Notes: a model not told the origin generated them from the letters alone. A stretch of DNA of 47,591 bases from an uncultured Gammaproteobacteria bacterium (GCA_964516735.1 CAZEYR010000003.1:1-47591), one strand, 5' to 3'. Counted from the stretch's first letter, positions 30,123 to 39,853 are shown. Made by a program: numbers and translations.

Positions 30123-30710
30123 ATGCACAAAATTCTTCGCATCTTAATTTTATCCGACCTTTTTTTGTTGGGTGGTTTCGGTTTAATCCAGCCGGTTTTT
30201 GCGGTGTTTATGCTCAATACCATTAATGGGGCTTCAGTCACTACCATTGGTCTGGCCACCGCCATACAGTTAGTAACAAAATCGTTTTTTCAGATTATTA
30301 TTGCCAAATGGACTGACGAAGAGTCCGGGAATCGTCGTGAGCTATTGACTTTATTTATCGGTTCCATTTTAATGTCTGCAGTTCCTTTTGGTTATATTTT
30401 TTGTACTGAATTGCGTCATGTCTATTTATTGCAATTCATCTATGGGGCGGGCAGCGCCTTGGCTTATCCCGGGTGGACGGTAATTTTTATGCGTTGTACA
30501 AGGAGCGATAAGGCCGGTTATGAGTGGAGTGTTTACAACACCACTATCAGCTTGGGGACAGCGGTAGCGGCCGCTGCCGGAGCTTATGTGGCGGATGTTT
30601 ATAATTTTAATTATTTATTTATTTTTATTGGCTTATTATCTATTTTTGGCACTGGTTTTATTTTGCGTATTTTTATTCACGAATTTACCAGAATACAACA
30701 GGCTAAATAA
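30123..30710 (+). CDS. six-helix MFS-like membrane protein (half-size)
   Basis: 195 aa with about 6 hydrophobic helices and a D/E-x-x-G-x-R-R-like loop (DEESGNRRE) after helix 2. Confidence 0.45.
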   Translation: MHKILRILILSDLFLLGGFGLIQPVFAVFMLNTINGASVTTIGLATAIQLVTKSFFQIIIAKWTDEESGNRRELLTLFIGSILMSAVPFGYIFCTELRHVYLLQFIYGAGSALAYPGWTVIFMRCTRSDKAGYEWSVYNTTISLGTAVAAAAGAYVADVYNFNYLFIFIGLLSIFGTGFILRIFIHEFTRIQQAK

Positions 30711-30721
30711 TTTTATTTTTT

Positions 30722-32032
30722 ATGGCGAATGATTATAAGGTGGCAGATATTAAATTGGCGGAGTGGGGGAGAAAAGAATTGGTGTTGGCGGAAAAAGAAA
30801 TGCCGGGTTTGATGGCTTTGCGAGCGAAATATAGCGGTAAAAAACCCTTGAAAGGCGCTAGAATCGCCGGGTGTTTGCACATGACCATTCAAACCGCCGT
30901 ATTGGTGGAAACTTTGGTAAAATTAGGGGCAGAAGTGCGATGGAGCAGTTGTAATATTTTTTCTACTCAAGATCATGCCGCCGCGGCGATTGCCAAAGTT
31001 GGCGTGCCAGTCTTTGCGTGGAAAGGCGAGACAGAGAACGAATACTGGTGGTGTGTAGAGCAAACTTTAAAATTTAAAAATGGTCTAGGTCCAAATTTAT
31101 TGTTGGACGATGGGGGCGATTTGACTGTATTGGTACATGAAAAGCATCCAGAATTATTGAAAGATATTTTAGGTGTTTCGGAAGAAACCACCACTGGTGT
31201 GCACAGACTGTATCAGATGATGGAAAAAGGCACTTTGGGCACCGTGGCAATCAACATTAATGATTCTGTCACCAAATCAAAATTTGACAATAAATATGGC
31301 TGTCGTGAATCTTTGGCCGATGGTATCAAACGTGCCACTGATATCATGATTGCCGGTAAGGTAGTAGTCGTGGCCGGTTATGGCGATGTGGGCAAGGGGT
31401 GCGCCCAAAGTATGAGTGGTTTTGGGGCCAGAGTTTTAGTGACAGAGATTGATCCAATCAATGCCTTGCAGGCGGCGATGGAAGGTTATGAGGTGGTGAC
31501 TATGGAAACTGCTGCTAAAATTGGTGATATTTTTGTGACGGCGACCGGCTGTTGTGAGGTGATCACCGGCGCGCACATGAACAAAATGAAAGACGGGGCG
31601 ATTGTTTGCAATATCGGACATTTTGACAGCGAGATTGATGTGGCTTGGTTAGAAAAAGAAGTAAAAGCCAAAAAAATTAAAGAAGAAAATATTCAGCCGC
31701 AAGTAGATAAATTTGTTTGGTCCAACGGGAAGTGCTTGATCCTGCTCTCCAGAGGTCGTTTGGTAAATTTAGGCAATGCCCACGGCCATCCTAGCTTTGT
31801 AATGAGCAGTTCATTTACTAATCAAGTTCTGGCGCAGCTTTCTTTGTGGCAAGAAAATAAAAAATATCAATCTGGCAAGGTTTATACTTTGCCAAAAAAA
31901 TTGGACGAAGAAGTGGCAAGATTGCATCTGGGTAAATTAGGGGTGAAATTGACAAAATTAACTTCTAAACAGGCGGCTTACTTAGGTGTGCCAGTAACTG
32001 GGCCGTACAAGGCAGATCATTATCGCTATTAG
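30722..32032 (+). CDS. ahcY: adenosylhomocysteinase
   Basis: 436 aa. N-terminal YKVADI.LA.WGRKE...AE.EMPGLM, the NAD site GYGDVGKG, and the C-terminal PYK.DHYRY. Confidence 0.95.
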   Translation: MANDYKVADIKLAEWGRKELVLAEKEMPGLMALRAKYSGKKPLKGARIAGCLHMTIQTAVLVETLVKLGAEVRWSSCNIFSTQDHAAAAIAKVGVPVFAWKGETENEYWWCVEQTLKFKNGLGPNLLLDDGGDLTVLVHEKHPELLKDILGVSEETTTGVHRLYQMMEKGTLGTVAININDSVTKSKFDNKYGCRESLADGIKRATDIMIAGKVVVVAGYGDVGKGCAQSMSGFGARVLVTEIDPINALQAAMEGYEVVTMETAAKIGDIFVTATGCCEVITGAHMNKMKDGAIVCNIGHFDSEIDVAWLEKEVKAKKIKEENIQPQVDKFVWSNGKCLILLSRGRLVNLGNAHGHPSFVMSSSFTNQVLAQLSLWQENKKYQSGKVYTLPKKLDEEVARLHLGKLGVKLTKLTSKQAAYLGVPVTGPYKADHYRY

Positions 32033-32038
32033 TAAAAT

Positions 32039-32584
32039 ATGAAAATAAAATTTGGCAAAACAAAAAAAGTTTATCAGGGGAAGATTTTTAGGATCTACCA
32101 TCAAGATGTTGTTTTGCCGAGCGGAAAAAAAGGGGTGTTTGAATATTGTGAAAGATTTCCCAGTGTCAGCGTGCTGGCTTTTAATGAAAAAGGAGAATTG
32201 CTGATGATCAATGAGTATCGGCACGGCTACAAGAAAAATGTTTGGTTTTTGCCGGGCGGACGAGTGGATAAAGCGGGCGATACGCCCAAAAAAGCGGCGA
32301 TGCGAGAGCTGCGGGAAGAGGGTGGCTTCCGGGCTAAAAAAATGAAATTGTTGTTTACCAAATCACCGAGTAATACATTATTTTGGGATATTTATATTTA
32401 TGTGGCGAAAGATTTGATGCCGGATCCTTTACCGCAAGACGATGGCGAGCAGGCAGTGTCAGTGTTTGTACCTTGGAAAAAGGCGGTACAGATGGCCATG
32501 GATGGCACGATTGAAAATGAGTTTATTTCTTATAATATTATTCGGCTGGATTACATGTTGACCAGCGGAGAGTTTAAATGGTAA
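32039..32584 (+). CDS. NUDIX hydrolase (ADP-ribose pyrophosphatase-like)
   Basis: Nudix box GGRVDKAGDTPKKAAMRELREEGG. Confidence 0.85.
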   Translation: MKIKFGKTKKVYQGKIFRIYHQDVVLPSGKKGVFEYCERFPSVSVLAFNEKGELLMINEYRHGYKKNVWFLPGGRVDKAGDTPKKAAMRELREEGGFRAKKMKLLFTKSPSNTLFWDIYIYVAKDLMPDPLPQDDGEQAVSVFVPWKKAVQMAMDGTIENEFISYNIIRLDYMLTSGEFKW

Positions 32585-33837
32585 TTATGGAAAATATTTT
32601 GACCATAAGTTATTTTTTAGTTTTTGGATTTTTTTCTTATAAAAATTTTCGCTGGGCAACCGCTCTGCTAATTTTATTTTTACCGGCCTATTTGGTACGA
32701 TTTTCTTTTGGTTCGTTGCCCAGTACCTTGCTGGAAATAAGTTTTGGCGCCTGGTTTTTAGCTTGGTTAGTTAAATATTTTAAGAAAGATTGGCCAGAGT
32801 TAAAAAAGTTTTTCGCGAAGTATAAATGGTTGTCTATTTTTGGTGGTTTGTTTTTGGTGTCTTCAGCAGTTGGTGTTTTTACTGCCGGAATCGGGGTTAG
32901 CGCCTATTGGTCCGCAATATTTAAAGCCGCCGGCCAGTGGCGAGCTTATTTTTTAGAGCCAATTTTAGCTTTTGTGATATTGGTGGCGCGTCGCCATGAG
33001 CTGGATAAAAATTTTTTGATTTGGTCATTGATGGCTTCTTCTTTACCGGTGAGCGTGGTAGCTGTGGTGCAAAAATTAACTGGTTCGTGGTATTCGCCAA
33101 GCTTGTGGGATGATGTTTTGGGCGGGCGAGTAGTATCTTTTTTTACTTCGCCCAATGCGGTTGGATTATTTTTAGTGCCAATTATTTTATTGTCCAGCAC
33201 TTTATTTTTAGATAAAAATACAGAGTTGAAGAAAAAAATATTTTTAAGCATGGCGATGGTGTTGGCGGTTTTGGCAGTGATATTTTCCTGGTCGCAGGGG
33301 GCGTGGATTGGTTTGGGGGCAGGAGTAGTGGCTAGTTTGTATTTTTTAAACAAAAGAAAAGTGGCCATAGTTTTGATATTATTGGGTTTGGTGGCAGGGT
33401 TAATTTTTGCTCCGCTCCGTTCGGCAATTTTATTTCAGGATCGGGCTAGTCAAAATCGTTTGAAACTATGGAGTTATTCTTGGACATTTTTTACCAAATC
33501 GCCACAAAATTTTATTTTAGGGAGCGGAATACGGCAGTTTTATCGTCAGGTACAAAAACCGTTTTATAATCAAAAAGAAATGGAAAGATTGATTTATCCG
33601 CATAATTTTTTTATTAATTTTTGGAACGAAATTGGCTTAACGGGGATGCTATCAATGACTGGAATAGTAGCAGTCATGTTTTATCTGGGATGGCAAAAAA
33701 GAAAAACCGGGCTGGTATATAGCGCCGGTATTTTAGCCTGTTTGGTTGGTTTGTTGGTGCACGGTTTGGTGGATGTGCCGTATTTTAAAAATGATTTAGC
33801 TTTCCTTTTTTGGATCGTCGCCAGTTTATTTTTTTGA
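32578..33837 (+). CDS. O-antigen ligase (Wzy_C) family membrane protein
   Basis: About 10-12 TM helices and an SWSQGAWIGLGAG motif in the large loop region. An alternative start is at 32587. Confidence 0.7.
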   Translation: MVIMENILTISYFLVFGFFSYKNFRWATALLILFLPAYLVRFSFGSLPSTLLEISFGAWFLAWLVKYFKKDWPELKKFFAKYKWLSIFGGLFLVSSAVGVFTAGIGVSAYWSAIFKAAGQWRAYFLEPILAFVILVARRHELDKNFLIWSLMASSLPVSVVAVVQKLTGSWYSPSLWDDVLGGRVVSFFTSPNAVGLFLVPIILLSSTLFLDKNTELKKKIFLSMAMVLAVLAVIFSWSQGAWIGLGAGVVASLYFLNKRKVAIVLILLGLVAGLIFAPLRSAILFQDRASQNRLKLWSYSWTFFTKSPQNFILGSGIRQFYRQVQKPFYNQKEMERLIYPHNFFINFWNEIGLTGMLSMTGIVAVMFYLGWQKRKTGLVYSAGILACLVGLLVHGLVDVPYFKNDLAFLFWIVASLFF

Positions 33838-34245
33838 CGATCGATGGTTTTTATCATCAATCATCAAAATTCCCAAAATGATCAGGGTGGAGCTCACTGC
33901 TAAAACGTAATATTTGACCCCTACAGCCATACCAATAGCCGCAACCATCCAAAGTCCCGCGGCAGTGGTAAGACCTTCCACATGGTCTTTTTTGTGTAAA
34001 ATTGCGCCAGCGCCCAAAAAGCCAATGCCAGTGACGATCTGCGAGGCGACTCGGGTTTGATCATTCATGCCAAAGGCGTAAGTAGATAAAATAGTGAACA
34101 GAGTGGAGCCAGCGGTTACCAGAGCGTAGGTGCGTAAGCCGGCGGCGCGACCCCAATGACTTCTTTGCCAGCCCAAAACACCACCCAAGAGCATAGACAG
34201 AGCGATTTGGGCGACAAAATTTAATTCGTAAAAATTAATAGTCAT
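33826..34245 (-). CDS. MgtC/SapB family membrane protein
   Basis: 139 aa. The pattern GG.LGW.R......AGLRTY.LV..GS.LF and GIGFLGAGAI is typical of MgtC. Confidence 0.85.
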   Translation of the reverse strand: MTINFYELNFVAQIALSMLLGGVLGWQRSHWGRAAGLRTYALVTAGSTLFTILSTYAFGMNDQTRVASQIVTGIGFLGAGAILHKKDHVEGLTTAAGLWMVAAIGMAVGVKYYVLAVSSTLIILGILMIDDKNHRSSKK

Positions 34246-34336
34246 AAAAATTTAGATAATAGTGCTAATATTTTACCACATTATTGACTTTTTTGATAAT
34301 TACTGGTATGCTATTTTTACTTTTTAGTTAAAAATT

Positions 34337-34409
34337 GGGCCGATAGCTCAGCTGGTAGAGCAACGCCTTTGCAAGGCGAAGGTCTGGGGTTCGATTCCCC
34401 ATCGGTCCA
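34337..34409 (+). tRNA. tRNA-Ala (anticodon TGC), no encoded CCA
   Basis: Acceptor GGGCCGA/TCGGTCC with the G3:U70 identity pair, loop TTTGCAA, T-arm TGGGG TTCGATT CCCCA. Confidence 0.9.
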
Positions 34410-34457
34410 CGAGGAGTTGAAAAATTAGTTGGTAGCAGGTATAATAACGAACGTTAA

Positions 34458-34529
34458 GCCGAGGTAGCTCAGTGGTAGAGCGAAGGACTGAAAATCCTTG
34501 CGTCGCGGGTCCGATCCCCGCCCTCGGCA
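34458..34529 (+). tRNA. tRNA-Phe (anticodon GAA), no encoded CCA
   Basis: Acceptor GCCGAGG/CCTCGGC, anticodon stem AAGGA/TCCTT with loop CTGAAAA, T-arm GCGGG TCCGATC CCCGC. The T-loop reads TCCGA instead of the usual TTCGA/TTCAA. Confidence 0.85.
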
Positions 34530-34534
34530 CGTAT

Positions 34535-34608
34535 CGGGGTGTAGCTCAATTGGCTAGAGCACGTGGTTTGGGACCATGAGGTTGCAGGTTCAAGTCCTGT
34601 CACCCCGA
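34535..34608 (+). tRNA. tRNA-Pro (anticodon TGG), no encoded CCA
   Basis: Acceptor CGGGGTG/CACCCCG, anticodon stem CGTGG/CCATG with loop TTTGGGA, T-arm GCAGG TTCAAGT CCTGT. Confidence 0.9.
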
Positions 34609-34615
34609 CTAAAAT

Positions 34616-34650
34616 AAAAAACCGCTTGCAGAGTGCGAGCGGTTTTTTAT
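34616..34650. terminator. bidirectional terminator after the tRNA cluster and the convergent membrane-protein gene
   Basis: AAAAAACCGCTTGC agagt GCGAGCGGTTTTTT. Confidence 0.65.
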
Positions 34651-34662
34651 TTGTTGGATATG

Positions 34663-35313
34663 TTAAACAGTGGCAGCGGGAGGGGTGGTTGGGGTCGGTG
34701 AAGCAGTAAGAGAACCACCGGAGATTTTTCTGTAAACATAAGCATAGGCCAAAGTGGTAGTAGGTACAGTTACCAACAGACCAATACCCAAAGCCAACAA
34801 GCCCAATAAATTGACGCCTAAGATAACCAAATAAAAGCCTAATAAATTCCATTTTAGACCGTTGGTCATTTCGCCGCTCTTTTTGAGAGCTTCCATCGGT
34901 TTCATTCCTTTGTCTACGATTAAGTAGCCAACAAATTGGTATTTTAAAGCCCAATAAATACCCGGCACAACTAATAAAATGCTTCCAGCTATCACAATCA
35001 ATCCATAAATCAAGGTGCCGACGATAAAGTTGAATAAATTTTTTGTGTGAAATAGTTCTTTAAATTCTGGTTTTTTGTTATCGCAAAATTTAAGAGAAAT
35101 GGCGATAATACCCATTTGCATCATTAAACCGACGACAAAACCGGCTAAACTTAAAATGCTGTAAAGGATAGAATATTCTTCACCTTTAAAAAGTGAAGGG
35201 ACAGAACTAATTAAATAATATACCAATAGGATGCCAGCCAAAAAAATAAAATTTTCTTTCATTATTTTCCAGCCGACGCCCAATGACTCTTTGATGGGAA
35301 AAGTTTTTTCCAT
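34663..35313 (-). CDS. integral membrane protein (DUF975-like topology), function unknown
   Basis: 216 aa, about 5 hydrophobic helices, Pro/Thr-rich C-terminal tail. The family assignment is tentative. Confidence 0.55.
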   Translation of the reverse strand: MEKTFPIKESLGVGWKIMKENFIFLAGILLVYYLISSVPSLFKGEEYSILYSILSLAGFVVGLMMQMGIIAISLKFCDNKKPEFKELFHTKNLFNFIVGTLIYGLIVIAGSILLVVPGIYWALKYQFVGYLIVDKGMKPMEALKKSGEMTNGLKWNLLGFYLVILGVNLLGLLALGIGLLVTVPTTTLAYAYVYRKISGGSLTASPTPTTPPAATV

Positions 35314-35338
35314 AGTTTTTATATTTAAAAATTAAAAT

Positions 35339-36415
35339 TTATTCTTCAAGTGGTGGAGGAACATCCTCTTCGTTTAGGTTGTTGGCTGGAGTTTCTTCCA
35401 AAGCATCGCCGGCCTCAACGGCAACTAACACTTTTTCCCTAATTTCTTTTAGTATTTTTGGGTTGTCTTTGAGATATTTTTTTGCAGTTTCACGGCCGAC
35501 GCCTAATTTTTCTTCGCCGTATAAATAGCTATTGCCTTTTTTATCTATTACATTATAGGTGACAGCTGTATCTAAAACATCACCAGAAATAGAAATACCT
35601 TCATTGTACATGATATCAAATTCAGTAGTGCGGAAAGGAGCTGCTACTTTATTTTTTACCACTTTAATTTTTACGCGGTTGCCGATAATTTTATCAGCCT
35701 GTTTGATCTGAGCGGCTCGGCGAACCTCAATGCGCATAGAAGAATAAAATTTTAAAGCCACACCGCCGGTAGTAGTTTCTGGGTTGCCAAATACAATGCC
35801 GATTTTCATACGAGTCTGGTTGATGAAAATCACCACAGTTTTGGATTTGCTAACAATGCCAGTTAATTTTCTAAGAGCTTGACTCATCAGGCGAGCTTGT
35901 AAGCCCATATGTGAATCACCCATTTCACCTTCAATTTCCGCTTTTGGCACCAAGGCCGCCACTGAATCAACGACAATCACATCCACGGCATTGGAACGAA
36001 CCAAAGTGTCCACGATTTCCAAAGCTTGTTCACCAGTATCTGGTTGGGAAATTAATAATTCCTCAATTTTTACTCCGATTTTTTTAGCATAATCTGGATC
36101 CAAAGCGTGTTCGGCATCTACGAAAGCGGCAATACCTCCTAATTTTTGGACTTCAGCTACGATGTGTTGGGCCAAAGTGGTTTTACCACTGGCTTCCGGA
36201 CCATAAATTTCTATGATGCGCCCGCGTGGTACGCCTTTTACCCCTAAAGCAATGTCTAAAGATAAGCAACCAGTAGGTACGACATCCACCTGCATGGTTT
36301 TGGCTTCGCCGAAAGTCATGATTGCTCCATCGCCGAACTTACTTTTAATCTGATCAATAGCACTGGCGGCAGCTTTCAATTTACTCCTTACCTCCTCATT
36401 AACGTGTTTGGGCAT
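35339..36415 (-). CDS. recA: recombinase RecA
   Basis: Walker [19 protein letters not shown], and the L1/L2 loop regions; 358 aa. Confidence 0.97.
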   Translation of the reverse strand: MPKHVNEEVRSKLKAAASAIDQIKSKFGDGAIMTFGEAKTMQVDVVPTGCLSLDIALGVKGVPRGRIIEIYGPEASGKTTLAQHIVAEVQKLGGIAAFVDAEHALDPDYAKKIGVKIEELLISQPDTGEQALEIVDTLVRSNAVDVIVVDSVAALVPKAEIEGEMGDSHMGLQARLMSQALRKLTGIVSKSKTVVIFINQTRMKIGIVFGNPETTTGGVALKFYSSMRIEVRRAAQIKQADKIIGNRVKIKVVKNKVAAPFRTTEFDIMYNEGISISGDVLDTAVTYNVIDKKGNSYLYGEEKLGVGRETAKKYLKDNPKILKEIREKVLVAVEAGDALEETPANNLNEEDVPPPLEE

Positions 36416-36438
36416 AGTTGCTCAAATTAAGTAAAAAA

Positions 36439-37137
36439 TTATTTTAAACTTACTTTTTCTATTTTTTCTGGATTTATTTTGCCAATAATATGTCTGGTGA
36501 TAGTGGTCGTTTTTCCGTGTTTTTTGGTTGCAGATATAGTAATCTCATTTATGCCGTTTGACAAGTCTACCGGAGAATCAAATTGACCTTTTTCATTTGG
36601 GCGTACCTCCTGTCCATTGATTGTCAAATGAGTTTCTTTCTCGGTAGTGCCTTGTACAGCGATATTTAACTGACTAGTGACCATGCCTTCAATTGGTGTA
36701 TAAACCAAAAGTTTGGGTGGAGTCATCACACCTTTGACCTGCCAGATTAAATAGCTGGCAAATAATATGACAAATCCGGCGATTAAAAAATTTCTGGCCA
36801 CGATAGACAGAGTGGACAGAGAAGAAAAACTAAAACGACTAACTTTTTGATTCTTAGTTAGATCATTCCAACCACCTTCTTCGGCAAATTGTTTTAAAAT
36901 CGCTTCTTTGTCCAAATTAAAGGTGTTGGTGTAGGCTCGGAGGTAGGCTAAACGAAAGACTTTGGCTTTTGGCAATTCGGAAAAATAATTTTTTTCTAAG
37001 CAGTTGATGTGTTTTTCGGATAAGCCGGTTTTGCCGGTAAAATCTTGGACAGTAAAACCGTGCTCCTCGCGAGCTTTTTTAAATTTGTCGCCAAGGCAGA
37101 GTGGGGAAGCGATCTTTTTGGCGCAAAAAGTAGACAT
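36439..37137 (-). CDS. RodZ-like HTH-domain membrane protein
   Basis: N-terminal HTH (LGDKFKKAREEHGFTVQDFTGKTGLSEKHINCLE), a single central TM, and a C-terminal beta-rich domain. Confidence 0.65.
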   Translation of the reverse strand: MSTFCAKKIASPLCLGDKFKKAREEHGFTVQDFTGKTGLSEKHINCLEKNYFSELPKAKVFRLAYLRAYTNTFNLDKEAILKQFAEEGGWNDLTKNQKVSRFSFSSLSTLSIVARNFLIAGFVILFASYLIWQVKGVMTPPKLLVYTPIEGMVTSQLNIAVQGTTEKETHLTINGQEVRPNEKGQFDSPVDLSNGINEITISATKKHGKTTTITRHIIGKINPEKIEKVSLK

Positions 37138-37142
37138 AATTT

Positions 37143-39584
37143 TTATAAGGTAAAAAAGTCCGAATCTTCTTTTTGGTTTTTGTTTTTATTATTATCATTT
37201 TCCTCTTCTTCGACAATTTCGTCAATCTCTTCATTGTCCGCTTCTTCGTCGGTTTCTTTTTCGGTTTCGTCGTCGGATTCTTCGTTGTCAGATTCGTCTT
37301 CTCCGTTGTTTGTCGGATTATCAAAAACAGTGCCTCCCGCGTCCATGGTTTGTTCTTCCTCAGGCATTTCTGGTTCGGCGGTTGGCATTAAATGTTCGGT
37401 AAATACTTCGCGCGGTTTGGCTCCGTCAGCTGGGCCAACGATGCCGGCTTCTTCTAATTCGTCTAAGATGCGCGCGGCACGGGCGTAACCTAATTTAAGG
37501 CGACGTTGGAGTAAAGACGCTGAGGCTTTGCCACTTTCCACTACCACTCGTTTGGCTTCGTCAAACATCGGATCGTTGTCGTCATTGGACCCGCCAAATA
37601 TATTTAAATTACCGGAACCGCTGCCTCCTTTGGCAACAATAGTTTCGTCATAAGTTGGTTCACCGGCTTGTTGTTTTAAATAATCTACTACTCGTTTCAT
37701 TTCCTCTTCTGATACATAAGCGCCCTGAACGCGCTTGGGCTTGGATAATTCGGCAGTCAAGAAAAGCATATCACCGCGACCAAGTAATTTTTCCGCACCC
37801 GGACAATCTAAAATAGTGCGGGAGTCAATAATAGAAGCCACCGAAAAGGCAATACGAGCCGGAATGTTGGCTTTCATCAAACCGGTGATAACTTCCACAC
37901 TCGGTCGTTGGGTGGCTACAACCAAATGAATCCCTACAGCGCGAGCCATTTGAGCAATGCGAATGATGCCGGCTTCAACCTCGCTGGCGGCAGTGGCCAT
38001 CAGATCAGCCAGTTCGTCTATTACAAATACCAAATGTGGCATTGGGTCGTCTAAGTGATTTTTGTTGTAAGAGTCAATATCGCGATTGCCATTTTTGGCT
38101 AAAAGATCAAAACGTTTTTCCATTTCACCAATTGTCCATTTTAAGGCATTAACAGTTTTTATTGGATCAGTAATAACTGGCGTTAAAAGATGGGGAATGC
38201 CATTGTAGAGAGTTAATTCTACACGTTTGGGGTCCACCATAATCATACGCAAGGTATCTGGGTTATTTTGGAAAAGTAAGCTCAAAATAATAGTATTGAT
38301 ACAAACAGTTTTTCCACTGCCGGTGGAGCCGGCGATTAATAAGTGTGGCATTTTTGGTAAATCAGCCCACCAAACTTTACCGGCCACATCTTTACCCAAA
38401 GCAATACACATGTTGTGTTTGCGGTTTTTAAATTCTGGGCTTTCTAACAAGTCGCGCAAGGTGACCATGGCCACTTTTTGGTTTGGCACTTCAATACCAA
38501 CCAGAGCTTGGCCGGGGATTGGGGCTTCGATGCGGATCGGGTGAGCGGCCAAAGCCAAAGCCAAGTCGTTGCTTAAGGAGGTGATGCGTGAGAGTTTTAT
38601 TCCGCGAGCAGGCTTCATGGAGTATTGGGTGACGGTCGGACCGACGCGTACTTCACCCATATCTACCTCAATGCCAAAATTGGAAAAAGTGTCACGTATA
38701 ACCTCGGCGTTGCCTTTGATGTCGCCAGAAGTAGGTTTGGATTTGGAAACTTGTAAAGTGTCAATTGAAGGTAATTTGTAATCAATTTTAGGTTTAACAA
38801 TAATCATTGGTTGTTTTTTGCGTTCATTATCTTCGGTTTCGTCGTCTTCTTCGTGTTCGTTTTTATTTACAATCGTGCGTTTAGCAAAAATACGATGTTC
38901 TTCTTCGTCTTCATCACTAGCTATTTCTTCATCAATTTGTTCGTTTTCATCATCTTCTTCTTCGTATTCACCGCGAACTTTTACTTGATCATTTTGCTTG
39001 AAACCGCCAAAAAAACCCAAAATTCGTTGTCCGCTCCAGCCAAACATGGACAACGCTCTTTTATTTATTTCTACCAATTGAGCCAAGGAAGTGTTAAACA
39101 AGAAGATAATAGCGACCAAAAAAAGAGCAAACAAAATTAAAGTGGAGCCCCAAAATCCTACATATTTAGCGCCCGGCCAAGCCAAAGCCAAACCAGCAAT
39201 TCCTCCGCCATAGCCTTGCAAAGCTAGAGTGGTCATTTCTTCAAATTTATTCCAGTTGGTAAAGAGGTGGATTAAACCGTTGAAACTTAAAAAAAAGAGA
39301 ATGGCCCCAAAAGTGTGAGTGGAACGATATTCATATTCTAAGTCTTTAATCAATAAAATCGCGATAACTAATAAGATAACAGGGAAAACAAACCGTACTT
39401 GGCCAAAAATTAGAGCTAAAAGGGAGTCGATGAATTTCCCAGCTACTCCAGCCATAGAAAAAAAACTTAAGACAGACAAACCAGCTACGACAAAAAGGAA
39501 AATAGCCAATAAACCCCGACCGATTTCGGGGTTTAAATTGATATGTTCGCTAAAAGTGGGTTTGTAATGACTTCGTCTACCCAT
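37143..39584 (-). CDS. ftsK: DNA translocase FtsK/SpoIIIE
   Basis: N-terminal TM helices, an acidic linker, motor-domain Walker A GSTGSGKT, VIDELADLM, and a gamma winged helix (LLQRRLKLGYARAARILDELEEAGIVGP). The start is set at MGRRSHY because the predicted -10 lies downstream of the track's ATG at 39623. Confidence 0.9.
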   Translation of the reverse strand: MGRRSHYKPTFSEHINLNPEIGRGLLAIFLFVVAGLSVLSFFSMAGVAGKFIDSLLALIFGQVRFVFPVILLVIAILLIKDLEYEYRSTHTFGAILFFLSFNGLIHLFTNWNKFEEMTTLALQGYGGGIAGLALAWPGAKYVGFWGSTLILFALFLVAIIFLFNTSLAQLVEINKRALSMFGWSGQRILGFFGGFKQNDQVKVRGEYEEEDDENEQIDEEIASDEDEEEHRIFAKRTIVNKNEHEEDDETEDNERKKQPMIIVKPKIDYKLPSIDTLQVSKSKPTSGDIKGNAEVIRDTFSNFGIEVDMGEVRVGPTVTQYSMKPARGIKLSRITSLSNDLALALAAHPIRIEAPIPGQALVGIEVPNQKVAMVTLRDLLESPEFKNRKHNMCIALGKDVAGKVWWADLPKMPHLLIAGSTGSGKTVCINTIILSLLFQNNPDTLRMIMVDPKRVELTLYNGIPHLLTPVITDPIKTVNALKWTIGEMEKRFDLLAKNGNRDIDSYNKNHLDDPMPHLVFVIDELADLMATAASEVEAGIIRIAQMARAVGIHLVVATQRPSVEVITGLMKANIPARIAFSVASIIDSRTILDCPGAEKLLGRGDMLFLTAELSKPKRVQGAYVSEEEMKRVVDYLKQQAGEPTYDETIVAKGGSGSGNLNIFGGSNDDNDPMFDEAKRVVVESGKASASLLQRRLKLGYARAARILDELEEAGIVGPADGAKPREVFTEHLMPTAEPEMPEEEQTMDAGGTVFDNPTNNGEDESDNEESDDETEKETDEEADNEEIDEIVEEEENDNNKNKNQKEDSDFFTL

Positions 39585-39594
39585 AGATGAGAAT

Positions 39595-39623
39595 ATTATA
39601 TCACAAAAATGGGGTGTGGACAA
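39595..39623 (-). promoter_or_regulatory. putative ftsK promoter, near-leaderless
   Basis: Minus strand: TTGTCC (part of the DnaA-box-like TTGTCCACA), 17 nt, TATAAT, then 10 nt to the ATG at 39584. Confidence 0.45.
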
Positions 39624-39820
39624 AATAAAAACACCTTAAAAAAGTGTTTGGATGTATTCTTCCCACTAAGCTGCGTAAAGAGGCGCATGTTTTAGTGATC
39701 GGGTTGAAGCAAAAAACATTTTTCCGAAACAAATAAATGTTAAGGAAAAGAGAGAGAGTTTTTTTATTCCAATCCGGCTGAAACATCGACTCTCCCGCAG
39801 CTTAGTAGAGAAAAATGTCC
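39622..39820 (-). ncRNA. candidate small RNA of about 190 nt with a rod-like fold (6S-like; identity uncertain)
   Basis: A 13-bp closing helix (39663-39675 pairs with 39796-39808) is extended by GGAGAG/CCUCUU and CGAUGUUU/AAACAUGCG pairings. A 3' hairpin ACACUUU/AAGGUGU plus U-run lies at 39622-39648 on the minus strand. The upstream TTGACA-15 nt-TACAAT has a short spacer. No ORF is present. Confidence 0.4.
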
Positions 39821-39853
39821 CTTCATTGTAAAATATTTATAATAAGTGTCAAG

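Noticed and set aside
30123-30710. Half-size MFS-like ORF as a truncated pseudogene
   Set aside because: There is no adjacent out-of-frame continuation, since ahcY starts 12 nt later. A six-helix protein could be functional, for example as a dimer. The evidence is insufficient either way.
37045-37488. Ser-rich 147-aa plus-strand ORF and neighbouring ORFs (37079..37324-, 37173..37391+, 38811..39140+)
   Set aside because: They are antisense or off-frame shadows of the GAx/GAT-rich acidic segments of ftsK.
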